Assembly (NCBI GenBank): GCA_963976765.1
Contig: CAXBME010000014.1
Location: 186,001-208,900 of the forward strand
Length of the DNA stretch: 22,900 nucleotides
Direction: 5' to 3'
Source of the DNA: an uncultured Planctomycetaceae bacterium
GTDB lineage: Bacteria > Planctomycetota > Planctomycetia > Planctomycetales > Planctomycetaceae
Numbering within the stretch: position 1 is the stretch's first letter; each line of letters begins with the position of its first letter. Position numbers and translations under genes: made by a program. The notes under the pieces are model-generated. The model made no database searches. It was not told the origin of the DNA and saw only the letters and a program-made list of their open reading frames with translations. Shown one piece after another: positions 1-9,178 of the stretch.

Positions 1-1
1 C

Positions 2-2074
2 GCCACTCCCGCACAGAAGTCAGCCTTCGACAAACAGCAATCCGAATGGGAAGTCAAGACGCGTGAGCTGCGAGACCAGATCGACGCCATCAAAGCACCG
101 TACCTCGCCCGGCAGCGCAGGTCGGCTGTTGAGAAGTTTCCGCCCGATGTTCGAGAGATCGCGAAGCGGCCAGAGACAGAGTGGAACTCGCACGATCGTC
201 AGATCATGAACCTGGTGCAACGACAGATCGACTTCGAGTATGACCGCATGAAGCTGAAGGATGAGGACCAGAAGAAGGTCGACGCTTTGAATGACGAACT
301 GAAAAAGTTCGACAAATTGAAACCAGCCCCCTTCCCTGTTTCGCTGACTGTGACTGACGCCGGCCCATCGCCGACTCCAACCGCGATTCCGGACGACCGA
401 CGACGACGTGACATTCTCCCCGGAATCCTGACCGTGCTGGATCCGGCTCCAGCTGAAGTCGTCCGGCCGGAGCTGGCTCCGGATTCCACCGGTCGTCGCT
501 CAGCCCTCGCACGCTGGGTCACCTCGCCGGACAACCCATTGTCGACGCGCGTCATCGTCAACCGGATCTGGCAGCACCATTTCGGCAAAGGCATCGTCGA
601 AACGTCCAGCGACTTCGGTCACCTGGGAGAAGCTCCCAGCCATCCTGAGCTGCTCGACTGGTTGACGACCTACTTCGTCGAGAATGGCCAAAGCTTCAAA
701 ACCATGCATCGACTGATCCTGAATTCAGCAACCTACCGACAATCTGCCGAGCATTCCGAAGCCAGAAAGTACGCCCTGACCGATCCTCGTAACCGCCTTC
801 GCTGGCGATGGGATATCCGGCGGTTGGCTGCGGAACAGATTCGCGACGCCGTCCTGGCAACGTCGGGAGAACTTGACTCCAAAGCGGGAGGGGCCGCCGT
901 CGCCGCTTCAACGCCAAGACGATCTGTCTATACAAAAGTTGTCCGCAACTCGCCCGATCCAATGCTCAAAGCATTCGACGTCGCCGACGGCTTCAACAGC
1001 ACCGCATCACGCGACGTGACGACAACTCCCACTCAGTCGTTACTCATGATGAACGGGCAATGGATGCTTGCCCGGTCGGCAGCGTTCGCGAAACGTGTGG
1101 ACCAGACCGTGGCAAAGAATCTCAGTCCGGGGTCGAACGTCGGTCATGCCGCAATTCAAGCTGCCTGGCAGTTCGCTCTCGGTCGGTCGCCCAGAGATTC
1201 CGAACTGGAAGCGGCCAGTCGCTATCTGGCGAGCCTGGGAGATTCTCCGACGTCTCCACCAGCAATTACATCAGTCCTCAACGCCACACAGAGCAAAGCG
1301 GCAGACATAAACGGCGACAACGCCAGCACCACCTTCAAGACTGCTGATGCCAGCAAACTGCCGACCGAAGATTTCACGATCGAAGCCATTATCGAGCTTA
1401 AGTCTCTGTATCCGGATGCGAGTGTTCGGACGATCGTTTCTCACTGGAACGGCGATACTGCTCATCGTGGGTGGAACTTCGGGGTCACCAGCACGAAGTC
1501 GGCATACAAACCTCGAAACCTGATTCTTCAATTGATCGGCGGAGAACCTCGCCAGGCCGGAACCGACAAACCAACGTACGAAGTCATCGCTTCCAACCTT
1601 CGCCCGGAACTGAACCGACCGTACTACGTGGCGGTCTCGGTCGACGTCGACACAACGTCGGATGCGGGTGTCACGTTCTTCATGAAGGATCTGTCGACAC
1701 TCGACGCACCACTCCAAACTGCATCCATTTCACACAAAGTCATCGGCGACTTTCACAACGATCTGAAGCTGACCATCGGCGACCGCGACGGCACTCGACG
1801 CAGCCGCTGGGACGGCCTGATCGACAACGTCCGCGTGTCTCTCGCCAAGCTCCCCGCCGATCAACTCCTGATCAACGATGGGGCTCCCAGCAACGTTTCC
1901 GGATTCTGGGAATTCGACACCGTAGACTCGCCAGGTCGCGACAAATCCAAGGCAGAAAACCACTTGAGTGTCGCCACCAATTCTTCGCAATCGACCAGCG
2001 GCATCGATCTGAAAGCTCTCACGGATTTGTGCCACGTTCTGCTGAACTCAAACGAATTTCTCTACGTTGACTGA
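2..2074 (+). CDS. DUF1553 (PSD1)-domain planctomycete protein with inserted LamG/ConA-like domain, 5'-truncated by the window edge
   Basis: The frame is open from nt 2 (ATPAQKSAFDKQQSEWE...) into the 206..2074 ORF. DUF1553 motifs: GRRSALARWVTSPDNPLSTRVIVNRIWQHHFGKGIV, PSHPELLDWL, RRLAAEQIRDA, RRSVY, TTTPTQSLLMMN, C-terminal LCHVLLNSNEFLYVD. LamG-like segment: DFTIEAII...LTIG...WDGLIDNVRVS. Confidence 0.9.
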   Translation, partial: ATPAQKSAFDKQQSEWEVKTRELRDQIDAIKAPYLARQRRSAVEKFPPDVREIAKRPETEWNSHDRQIMNLVQRQIDFEYDRMKLKDEDQKKVDALNDELKKFDKLKPAPFPVSLTVTDAGPSPTPTAIPDDRRRRDILPGILTVLDPAPAEVVRPELAPDSTGRRSALARWVTSPDNPLSTRVIVNRIWQHHFGKGIVETSSDFGHLGEAPSHPELLDWLTTYFVENGQSFKTMHRLILNSATYRQSAEHSEARKYALTDPRNRLRWRWDIRRLAAEQIRDAVLATSGELDSKAGGAAVAASTPRRSVYTKVVRNSPDPMLKAFDVADGFNSTASRDVTTTPTQSLLMMNGQWMLARSAAFAKRVDQTVAKNLSPGSNVGHAAIQAAWQFALGRSPRDSELEAASRYLASLGDSPTSPPAITSVLNATQSKAADINGDNASTTFKTADASKLPTEDFTIEAIIELKSLYPDASVRTIVSHWNGDTAHRGWNFGVTSTKSAYKPRNLILQLIGGEPRQAGTDKPTYEVIASNLRPELNRPYYVAVSVDVDTTSDAGVTFFMKDLSTLDAPLQTASISHKVIGDFHNDLKLTIGDRDGTRRSRWDGLIDNVRVSLAKLPADQLLINDGAPSNVSGFWEFDTVDSPGRDKSKAENHLSVATNSSQSTSGIDLKALTDLCHVLLNSNEFLYVD

Positions 2075-2082
2075 GGCTACCG

Positions 2083-2103
2083 GAACGGCTGAAGCCGTTC
2101 TAC
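2083..2103 (-). repeat. GTAG-type REP-like palindrome (single copy)
   Basis: The minus strand reads GTAG-AACGGC-TTCA-GCCGTT-C. On + it is a perfect 7-bp stem GAACGGC/GCCGTTC (2083-2089/2094-2100), just downstream of the stop codon at 2074. Confidence 0.5.
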
Positions 2104-2133
2104 GCAGCATTTTCAGTCATCGGGAGCACGATC

Positions 2134-2958
2134 GTGTGGAGCCTTTTTCGTCTGTTGATGGACGTTTCGCTCCTCAAACCCATCATTCGACCAATCACCC
2201 GGTTGGTTGTGGGTTCGGTAGCGGTGCCAATGTTCCGATGGCTGCTCAAGCGGGTTCTACGTTTCGGTACGCTCGACAACGAACTCGAAAAAGATCTCGA
2301 ACAGTGGTTTCGAGGTGCGTTGATCCTCCTGCTGGCCACTCAGAACATGGAGACCGCGCTGTTTCCCTGGGTTGAACCGGTCATTCATTCACGCTTCACG
2401 CAGTCTGCCCCGCTCGATCCATCAGATCCAACGTCGTCCGAGATGGCCGTTCCGTCCGCATCAATGCTCGAAGTCAGCCACAACGACTACGGCTGGATCC
2501 TGCTCGGCTTCCGAGTCATGCTCGCGATCGGGGTGATTCAGATGATGCCCGACCAGGAACTGTTTGCGCTGATGCACAGCCGGCCTCCAAAACATAATTT
2601 TGACCGAAAACAGAAATGGTGGTCACAGATCAAATGCAAAAGCTGGCCCTTTCTCAAAGGACACCTGTGTCTGCATCTGAATAAGTCGTCGCCGGTTTTC
2701 GCGATCCTCGCCGCTATCGCCCCCGGCCTGCCCGGCTGGATCTGTTACGGCGCGGCCGTCGTCCAGTACTTAATCATCGGTCTGGTCACGACGCAGGACA
2801 AAGCCCTGGCCGCGCTGGGCCTGCTCGACGCACAAGCCAACCAGCGTCGGCAGGAACTCATCGCCGAATTCGAACTGAACGAGGCACCAGAAGCCACTCA
2901 GCCTGAGAAACACGAGGTGAAGCCATTACTGGCCTGCAGAAAACTTCCCGCAACATAA
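2134..2958 (+). CDS. Hypothetical integral membrane protein (about 4-5 TM segments)
   Basis: 274-aa ORF with GTG start and GGGAG RBS at 2122-2126. Hydrophobic segments LVVGSVAVPMF, GALILLLA, WILLGFRVMLAIGVI, VFAILAAI and WICYGAAVVQYLIIGLV. No catalytic motif recognised. Confidence 0.75.
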   Translation: MWSLFRLLMDVSLLKPIIRPITRLVVGSVAVPMFRWLLKRVLRFGTLDNELEKDLEQWFRGALILLLATQNMETALFPWVEPVIHSRFTQSAPLDPSDPTSSEMAVPSASMLEVSHNDYGWILLGFRVMLAIGVIQMMPDQELFALMHSRPPKHNFDRKQKWWSQIKCKSWPFLKGHLCLHLNKSSPVFAILAAIAPGLPGWICYGAAVVQYLIIGLVTTQDKALAALGLLDAQANQRRQELIAEFELNEAPEATQPEKHEVKPLLACRKLPAT

Positions 2959-3123
2959 AACGGATTCAGAGACTCAGCGAACCTTCACAAACACACGACG
3001 TAGTACAGTTCAGCCAGGGGCAAAAGTGGAGTGTTGCCTGTATTCCGGACGATACTTGAGAACACACAGCGACCTGCGACACATTTAAGTCAATTCTCAA
3101 GCTGAAATACGGCAAATTCCCGC

Positions 3124-5271
3124 ATGCACGCTCCGGAACGACAATCGAACGGCGAAGTTCTGATCGAATTGCTACTGATCGAGCTGGGCGATGGAAACCT
3201 GCGAACTGAGGGACGACGCGCCTTCCGTGATGCCGTGGCCGCGTTTCCAGATCAGAATTCCGACGGCTGGTGGCGCTGGACGACGGAGTGCCTGGCGAGC
3301 CTCGGAAAGAAGTCAAAAGTTATTGAGGGCACACTGGCCGACGCGATGGAACTGGTTGACGAAGGAGCAGCCCTGGTGCTCTCCTCACCAACTGATCCTG
3401 ACGACTGGTTCGCGGTCGTAGGTCACGAGAGGCGAAAATTTCGAGTCATCGCCGATGTCTCCAAGGCGGCGTCGCGTCGAGTTTCGCGCGGAAACCTGAA
3501 AGCATCTCTCAACCGATTCGCAGACGAAAAAGGCCGACTTCGGTTCGTCGCGATGGAGCCAGGTTTCGGGCGCCATCCGGGGCAGGAAAGCGGCGCCGAG
3601 CATCTCACGCCGTTTGCCCGGTTGCGAGCGCTGCTGCAGCCCGAATCCTCAGACATCGTGACGGTTTTCATCTACGCACTGATCGTGGGCCTGCTGACTC
3701 TGGCAACGCCGATTGCGGTCGAGGCCCTTGTCAACACGGTCGCGTTCGGGAGATTTCTGCAACCAGTCGTCATTCTGGCTTTGCTGCTGTTCATGTTCCT
3801 GGCATTTTCTGCGGCCATCCGAGCTGTCCAGACAATCGTTGTCGAAATCGTGCAGCGACGGCTGTTTGCTCGCGTGGCAGGCGATCTTGCTTATCGACTT
3901 CCGAGAGTCCAGATAAAAGAGCTGGACGGTGCCTACGGACCGGAACTCGTCAATCGTTTCTTCGATGTGGTGACCGTGCAGAAAGTTTGCGCACAGCTTC
4001 TGCTCGAAGGAATCGGTCTGGTTCTGTCAGCGATCGTCGGGATGGCTGTTCTGGCCTTTTACCATCCGTGGCTGGCGGGTTTCGATGTCATTCTGATCGC
4101 GATGATCATTCTGGTTGTCTTCGTCCTGGGAAAAGGAGCGGTTAATTCAAGCGTCAACGAATCGAAGAAGAAGTACGCGATGGCCGCCTGGCTCGAAGAC
4201 ATCGCTCGATGCCCTGTCGCCTTTCGAACAGACGGCGGCAGCGAATTTGCTCTCGAACGTGCCGACCGAATGATCCACGACTATCTGTCCGCCCGGAAAA
4301 AGCATTTCCGCATTCTGATGCGACAAATTCTGTTCGCGCTGGGGCTGCAGGCTCTGGCCAGTACGGCGCTGCTGGGAATTGGTGGCTGGCTGGTTGTCTC
4401 GCGAGAGCTGACTCTGGGGCAGCTTGTAGCCGCTGAGCTGATCGTGGCTGTGATCGTGGGTTCGATCGCAAAGCTCGGGAAGCATATGGAGAGCTTTTAC
4501 GACCTGCTCGCGGCAGTCGACAAACTCGGACATCTGTTCGACCTGAAAATTGAAAGATCGGACGGCGGACTGACCACAGCATCAGCCGGTCCCGCCGCAG
4601 TCGAGCTGACCAGTCTGTGCTGCACTCCCGGAGGCAACACGCTCAACTGGCAGTTGAAAGAAGGAGAATTCGTCGCGGTGCTGGGCAACGCCGGTTCTGG
4701 TAAGAGCCGTTTGTGCGACGTCATGTACGGATTGCGTTCCCCGGAAAGCGGCCATCTGAACGTTGGTGATACAGACCCTCGCGATCTTCGACCAGACGTC
4801 CTGCGGCGCCGAGTCGCACTGGCCAGAGACGTCGAATACTTCGAAGGAACGATCGCAGAGAACGTCCACCTGGAGCGCCCGTCGATTTCATCCGCCGATG
4901 TTCATTCCGTCCTTGACCGACTGGGAGTTCTCGACGAGTTGCTGCTTCTGCCCGACGGTCTGGGGACATCACTTCCGGCGAACGGTGGCGCGTTGTCAAG
5001 CAGCCAGTTGCGACGGCTCATGCTGGCGCGGTCGATTGTCGGTCGACCGGGGCTGTTGCTGATCGACGGACTGCTCGATGGATTTTCCGACACCGAATTA
5101 ACCGAAGTCGTCAGTGCGCTCACCAGACTGAAGGATCAATGCACGATTGTCGTCGCCACCGGTCAGCAGCGAGTCGCTGATCTCTGTGAACGAGTCCTCA
5201 GAATGACGACTGACCTTCGCGGTTCGGTTGTTGCCAACCAGGTTGCCAGGACGAAGCACGACCAGAAATAA
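3124..5271 (+). CDS. HlyB/peptidase-domain-type ABC transporter (type I secretion permease/ATPase) with degenerate NBD motifs
   Basis: About 160-aa N-terminal extension, then an ABC TMD (TPFARLRALL...LTLATPIAVEALVN...ELVNRFFDV...LTLGQLVAAELIV). Walker A GNAGSGKS at 4684-4707 and FEGTIAENV. Lies directly upstream of HlyD and TolC genes. Confidence 0.9.
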   Translation: MHAPERQSNGEVLIELLLIELGDGNLRTEGRRAFRDAVAAFPDQNSDGWWRWTTECLASLGKKSKVIEGTLADAMELVDEGAALVLSSPTDPDDWFAVVGHERRKFRVIADVSKAASRRVSRGNLKASLNRFADEKGRLRFVAMEPGFGRHPGQESGAEHLTPFARLRALLQPESSDIVTVFIYALIVGLLTLATPIAVEALVNTVAFGRFLQPVVILALLLFMFLAFSAAIRAVQTIVVEIVQRRLFARVAGDLAYRLPRVQIKELDGAYGPELVNRFFDVVTVQKVCAQLLLEGIGLVLSAIVGMAVLAFYHPWLAGFDVILIAMIILVVFVLGKGAVNSSVNESKKKYAMAAWLEDIARCPVAFRTDGGSEFALERADRMIHDYLSARKKHFRILMRQILFALGLQALASTALLGIGGWLVVSRELTLGQLVAAELIVAVIVGSIAKLGKHMESFYDLLAAVDKLGHLFDLKIERSDGGLTTASAGPAAVELTSLCCTPGGNTLNWQLKEGEFVAVLGNAGSGKSRLCDVMYGLRSPESGHLNVGDTDPRDLRPDVLRRRVALARDVEYFEGTIAENVHLERPSISSADVHSVLDRLGVLDELLLLPDGLGTSLPANGGALSSSQLRRLMLARSIVGRPGLLLIDGLLDGFSDTELTEVVSALTRLKDQCTIVVATGQQRVADLCERVLRMTTDLRGSVVANQVARTKHDQK

Positions 5272-5372
5272 ACAATTGGCGACGTCGACGCTCGCACGTT
5301 TTCGAAAACAGGGATACCGACAGCCGCCCTCGATCACTCCACAAGAACGCCAGATCTGCAAAGTCTTTCACA

Positions 5373-6818
5373 ATGTCAGACGAACAATCTCGACAACCCA
5401 TGCTGGCCCCGGTGGCTTACAGCGAAGCGATGCTTCCAGCGTTGCGGCTGGCGCGTTCGTCACGGCTCGCTCGACGCTTCGGGCGAGCCCTTGCGATCAT
5501 GCTGGGCGTAGCCGTACTTGCAACACTGTTCGCCCCCTGGCAACAGTCGGTCACCGGTAGCGGAAACGTCGTTGCTTACGCGCCACTGGAACGACAGATG
5601 ATTGTCGAAGCGCCAATCAAAGGCCGAATCATCGACTGGGGCGACGGCATCGTCGAAAACGCGCACGTCAAGAAGGGGCAGGTAATCCTGGTAATTCAGG
5701 ACATTGATCCAGATTACCTGTCGCGGCTGCAGGAGCAGGAGGAGTCTGGCAAACGACAGCTCATGGCAGCCAGGGAAAGTCTCGCGGCCGGACGGCGAAA
5801 TGTTGAAGCCGCTCAGGCATCGATCGCGCCGTACGAAGCGCAGCTCCGAGCCTACCGCACCGTCCAGACTGAAATCGTGGCCGCAGCCGATCAATATGTG
5901 AAATCCGGCGAGCAGAAAGTTCAGGCCGAAACTCGTGCTCTCGAGGAAGCACAGGCCGGCTTCTCGCAGGCTCAGGCTGATTATCAACGTCAGAAAGCGC
6001 TCTTCGAAAAGAAGATTGCTTCCGAACTGAAGTTTCAGCAGGCCGAGCAGAAGTATCTCGAAGCCAAAGCCAAAGTCGGAAAGGCTGAAGCGTACGTCGC
6101 CGCCGCCAAAAACGAACTCGAAGCCAAACGGCGGGAACGGGAAGCCAAAGAGCGGAAGGCTCAGGTCGACATCGAGTACGCACAGACGTCCTTGAACAAA
6201 GCAAGCGCCGACGTGGCTAAAGCTCAGAGCGACGTCGCCAAAGCTGAAAGTGAAGTCGCCAAAGCCGAACAGAGCCTGACCAAGTTGAAGACGGCCGTGT
6301 CGCGCCAGCAGGAGCAGATTGTCGCCGCTCCGCGTGACGGATTCATCCTCCAGCTACTGGCCAATCAAGGCGCGGACATGGTCAAGGAAGGAGACCCACT
6401 CTGCACCATCGTTCCGGACACAACTGACCGAGCGGTCCAGATCTGGCTCGACGGAAACGATGCGCCGCTCGTCGAACCGGGCCGGCATGTCCGACTTCAA
6501 TTCGAAGGCTGGCCAGCGGTGCAGTTCGCCGGTTGGCCGTCCGTCGCGGTGGGCACGTTCGGCGGCGAAGTCATTTCCGTCGACTCGACCGACAACGGTA
6601 AAGGCAAGTTCCGTCTACTGGTCGGGCCGGCTTCAGACAGCAGCGACTGGCCGTCTGACCGGTATCTGAAGCAGGGCGTGCGAGCCAACGGGTGGGTGCT
6701 GCTGGACGAAGTCGGACTGGGTTACGAACTGTGGCGACGACTCAACGGCTTCCCTCCCGTCGTCTCAATGGACGAACCTGCATATCGAAAAAGCAGCTAC
6801 GACGACAAGAAAAAATAG
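5373..6818 (+). CDS. HlyD-family periplasmic adaptor (membrane fusion protein)
   Basis: Single N-terminal TM followed by PWQQSVTGSGNV. Lipoyl half-motifs APIKGRI...VKKGQVI and APRDGFI...VKEGDPL flank a long coiled coil. C-terminal VRLQFEGWPAVQFAGWPSVAVGTFGG. Confidence 0.92.
   Translation: MSDEQSRQPMLAPVAYSEAMLPALRLARSSRLARRFGRALAIMLGVAVLATLFAPWQQSVTGSGNVVAYAPLERQMIVEAPIKGRIIDWGDGIVENAHVKKGQVILVIQDIDPDYLSRLQEQEESGKRQLMAARESLAAGRRNVEAAQASIAPYEAQLRAYRTVQTEIVAAADQYVKSGEQKVQAETRALEEAQAGFSQAQADYQRQKALFEKKIASELKFQQAEQKYLEAKAKVGKAEAYVAAAKNELEAKRREREAKERKAQVDIEYAQTSLNKASADVAKAQSDVAKAESEVAKAEQSLTKLKTAVSRQQEQIVAAPRDGFILQLLANQGADMVKEGDPLCTIVPDTTDRAVQIWLDGNDAPLVEPGRHVRLQFEGWPAVQFAGWPSVAVGTFGGEVISVDSTDNGKGKFRLLVGPASDSSDWPSDRYLKQGVRANGWVLLDEVGLGYELWRRLNGFPPVVSMDEPAYRKSSYDDKKK
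6198..6281 (+). repeat. Four in-frame 21-bp (heptad) tandem repeats inside the HlyD coiled coil
   Basis: AAAGCAAGCGCCGACGTGGCT / AAAGCTCAGAGCGACGTCGCC / AAAGCTGAAAGTGAAGTCGCC / AAAGCCGAACAGAGCCTGACC, encoding KASADVA KAQSDVA KAESEVA KAEQSLT. Confidence 0.7.
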
Positions 6819-6972
6819 CATTTCCTGTCTACCTCGGTGTGAGGCGTATGAGAGCTGACAGGAAGAGGCTGGACAGGAAAATTGAGCTCTCGTTCGCTGA
6901 GTTGTCACCCCGGACGAAGTGGTGATGCTTACGCGGAAACTTGAGGAAATCTCCCCTGCTTTCCGGAATTAG

Positions 6973-7001
6973 TAAACTTCGCTCCAGCCGAATGCCGATA
7001 A
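6973..7001 (+). promoter_or_regulatory. Possible sigma-28 (FliA)-like promoter upstream of the TolC gene
   Basis: TAAA (6973-6976)-N17-GCCGATAA (6994-7001). The -10 is a perfect match to the enterobacterial sigma-28 consensus, but the spacer is 2 nt longer than the usual N15. Confidence 0.35.
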
Positions 7002-7092
7002 CGCAGACGAGAGAAACTCTGCGATTACCTGTCGGGCGCCCGATTGCCTGGCTCTATTCCGCCAGTGAACTAACCGGCTGGGTGACTGAAGA

Positions 7093-8805
7093 ATGCGGCA
7101 GCGTCTGCAATTACTGATCCTGATGGCCTCGACACTGACCATCGGCTGCCAGACGTCAACATCGCGGACGATGATCAAGCGCGAAACAACTCTGAGAACG
7201 GCGCCGATTTCGAAGGCTGCTCCGGCAAACGGTCCACTGACTGTAACTCAGAACGTTGCAGACTCCGGTGAAGCACCGAATGACCGCCCCCCATCAACCA
7301 CTGTCGCACAGACCACTGAAACGCGATCCGGTTGGCGACCGACCGCGAAGTCTCAACCAGAAGTGGTTCAAACTGCCTATCACGAAACCAGCGACGCCCC
7401 GATTCTCCCGGCTCCGACGGATTCTGCTGCGGACTCGCAAGCTTCGGCTGCAGGTCACGTTCAACTTGCAGACGTCATCTCGTCCGTCCTGACGACCTAC
7501 CCAATGGTGCAGGCGGCGGCTTTGCAGTTTGAGATTGCTCAGGGACAGATTATTTCTGCCGAAGGAGCCTTCGACACCAAACTGAAAGGCGCAACCGAGA
7601 ACGGCGCACTTGGCTTTTACGAAACCTACCGTCACAGCGTCGGAGCCATTCAGCCACTCGCTAACGGCGGCGAAGTCTTTGGTGGCTATCGCGTCGGACG
7701 AGGAGTGTTTCAACCGTGGTACCAGGAACGCCAGACCAACGAAGGCGGCGAGTTCAAAGCCGGGCTGTCAGTCCCCTTGTCACGAAATGTGGGGATCGAC
7801 GATCGACGAGCTGGCGTGCAGAAAGCCGGGCTCGATCTCTCCGCAGCCGATCCTCAATTTCGTAGCGAAGTCATCCTGACTGTCCGAGCCGCGTCTGAGG
7901 CCTACTGGGAATGGGTCGCAGCTGCCGCACAGCGACGCATCGCTGAACAGGTACTCGCCCTGGCAACGACTCGTAACGACGGCCTTCAGGAAGAAGTCCG
8001 CATGGGCGCGAAGGCGCTGCCGGATCTGAAGGACAATCGCCGCTCGATTCTCTCTCGTGAAGCAAAACTGATCGACACGCAGCGGAAGGTCGCTCAAACG
8101 GCGGCAAAACTCTCCATCTATCTTCGGACGCCAGACGGTGAACCGCGGACCGCCACGTTCGAAGAAGTCCCCAACTTCCCAAAGCCTGCATCACCAAATG
8201 AAGCCTGGCAAAGCCGTCTGGCACAACAGGCAATTGAGTCTCGCCCTGAACTGCGTGAACTTGATCTGGCCATCGAACGGATCGACGTCGACATCGCTGA
8301 AGCCGGCAACGACCTGCTGCCTAATGTGAATGCCGTGCTGGTCGGATCGCAGGACATGGGTGAGCCAACCAGCAAGAAGCGGGACAAGTCACCATTCGAG
8401 CTCGAAGCCGCACTGCTCGTCGATGTCCCGCTGCAACGACGCAAAGCCAAAGGCAAGCTGACGTCCCTGGAAGGCAAACGGGCTCAGCTTGCTCAGAAAC
8501 GCCGCTTGTCGGAAGACAAGATTCGAACCGACATCGCCATCGCCTTCGAAGCTGTCAGAGCCGCCTATGAACGCGTGCAAAGAACCGCCGAGGCAAGAGA
8601 CCTGGCCGACTACATGGCGGAGGTCGAACGCGAGAAGTTCAAAGCTGGGGAATCCGACCTGCTCAAGGTGGCTCTGCGAGAAGAGAAAGCCGCCGAGTCC
8701 GCCGGAAAAGCCATTGATGCCCTGCTCGAATACCAGCTCGGCCTCGCCCACCTCCGAGCCGCCTCCGGTGTCGACAACGGCTCAACCGTCGAATGGGCAC
8801 CGTAG
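7093..8805 (+). CDS. TolC-family outer membrane efflux protein (lipoprotein)
   Basis: Lipobox LTIG-C and a low-complexity Pro/Thr/Ser linker. Two OEP-like repeats: YPMVQAA...AEGAFD...AYWEWVAA and SRPEL...DLLPNVN...EREKFKAGESDLLKV. Third gene of the ABC-HlyD-TolC trio. Confidence 0.9.
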   Translation: MRQRLQLLILMASTLTIGCQTSTSRTMIKRETTLRTAPISKAAPANGPLTVTQNVADSGEAPNDRPPSTTVAQTTETRSGWRPTAKSQPEVVQTAYHETSDAPILPAPTDSAADSQASAAGHVQLADVISSVLTTYPMVQAAALQFEIAQGQIISAEGAFDTKLKGATENGALGFYETYRHSVGAIQPLANGGEVFGGYRVGRGVFQPWYQERQTNEGGEFKAGLSVPLSRNVGIDDRRAGVQKAGLDLSAADPQFRSEVILTVRAASEAYWEWVAAAAQRRIAEQVLALATTRNDGLQEEVRMGAKALPDLKDNRRSILSREAKLIDTQRKVAQTAAKLSIYLRTPDGEPRTATFEEVPNFPKPASPNEAWQSRLAQQAIESRPELRELDLAIERIDVDIAEAGNDLLPNVNAVLVGSQDMGEPTSKKRDKSPFELEAALLVDVPLQRRKAKGKLTSLEGKRAQLAQKRRLSEDKIRTDIAIAFEAVRAAYERVQRTAEARDLADYMAEVEREKFKAGESDLLKVALREEKAAESAGKAIDALLEYQLGLAHLRAASGVDNGSTVEWAP

Positions 8806-9150
8806 GCGAAACCTTCCGAAAGAGACGACCCAAGCCAGCAGCCACAGTAATCCTGGGTCCATCTCAAATTACTGATTAGACGCGGGAGCTGGCATTCAAG
8901 CCTGCCTGACTCGTCACTTGTTGAGCACGAGCTTGCCTGATTTCGTGACTCGCAGTCGGTAGACATCTTCGCCGTGGTGAATGAGGACTTCCGTCTGCCC
9001 CTTGAAGAGGGCGTCGCTTGTGATCGCAGCCTGAGACTTCCCCCCTCGCGTCACTTCGGACGGATCGTTGCTCTCGTTTGTCTGGCTCATTGGGCACGGT
9101 CACTCTCGTCTGATTTTTGAGAGATTTCAGAAAAAGTCTGAGATTCTGCC

Positions 9151-9178
9151 TTGCGACATTCTCACTGGCCGATAACTT
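9151..9178 (+). promoter_or_regulatory. Putative sigma-70-type promoter for the TPR/DUF1559 module
   Basis: TTGCGA (9151-9156)-N16-TAACTT (9173-9178), immediately followed by the palindromic operator. It overlaps a GCCGATAA octamer at 9168-9175. Confidence 0.35.
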
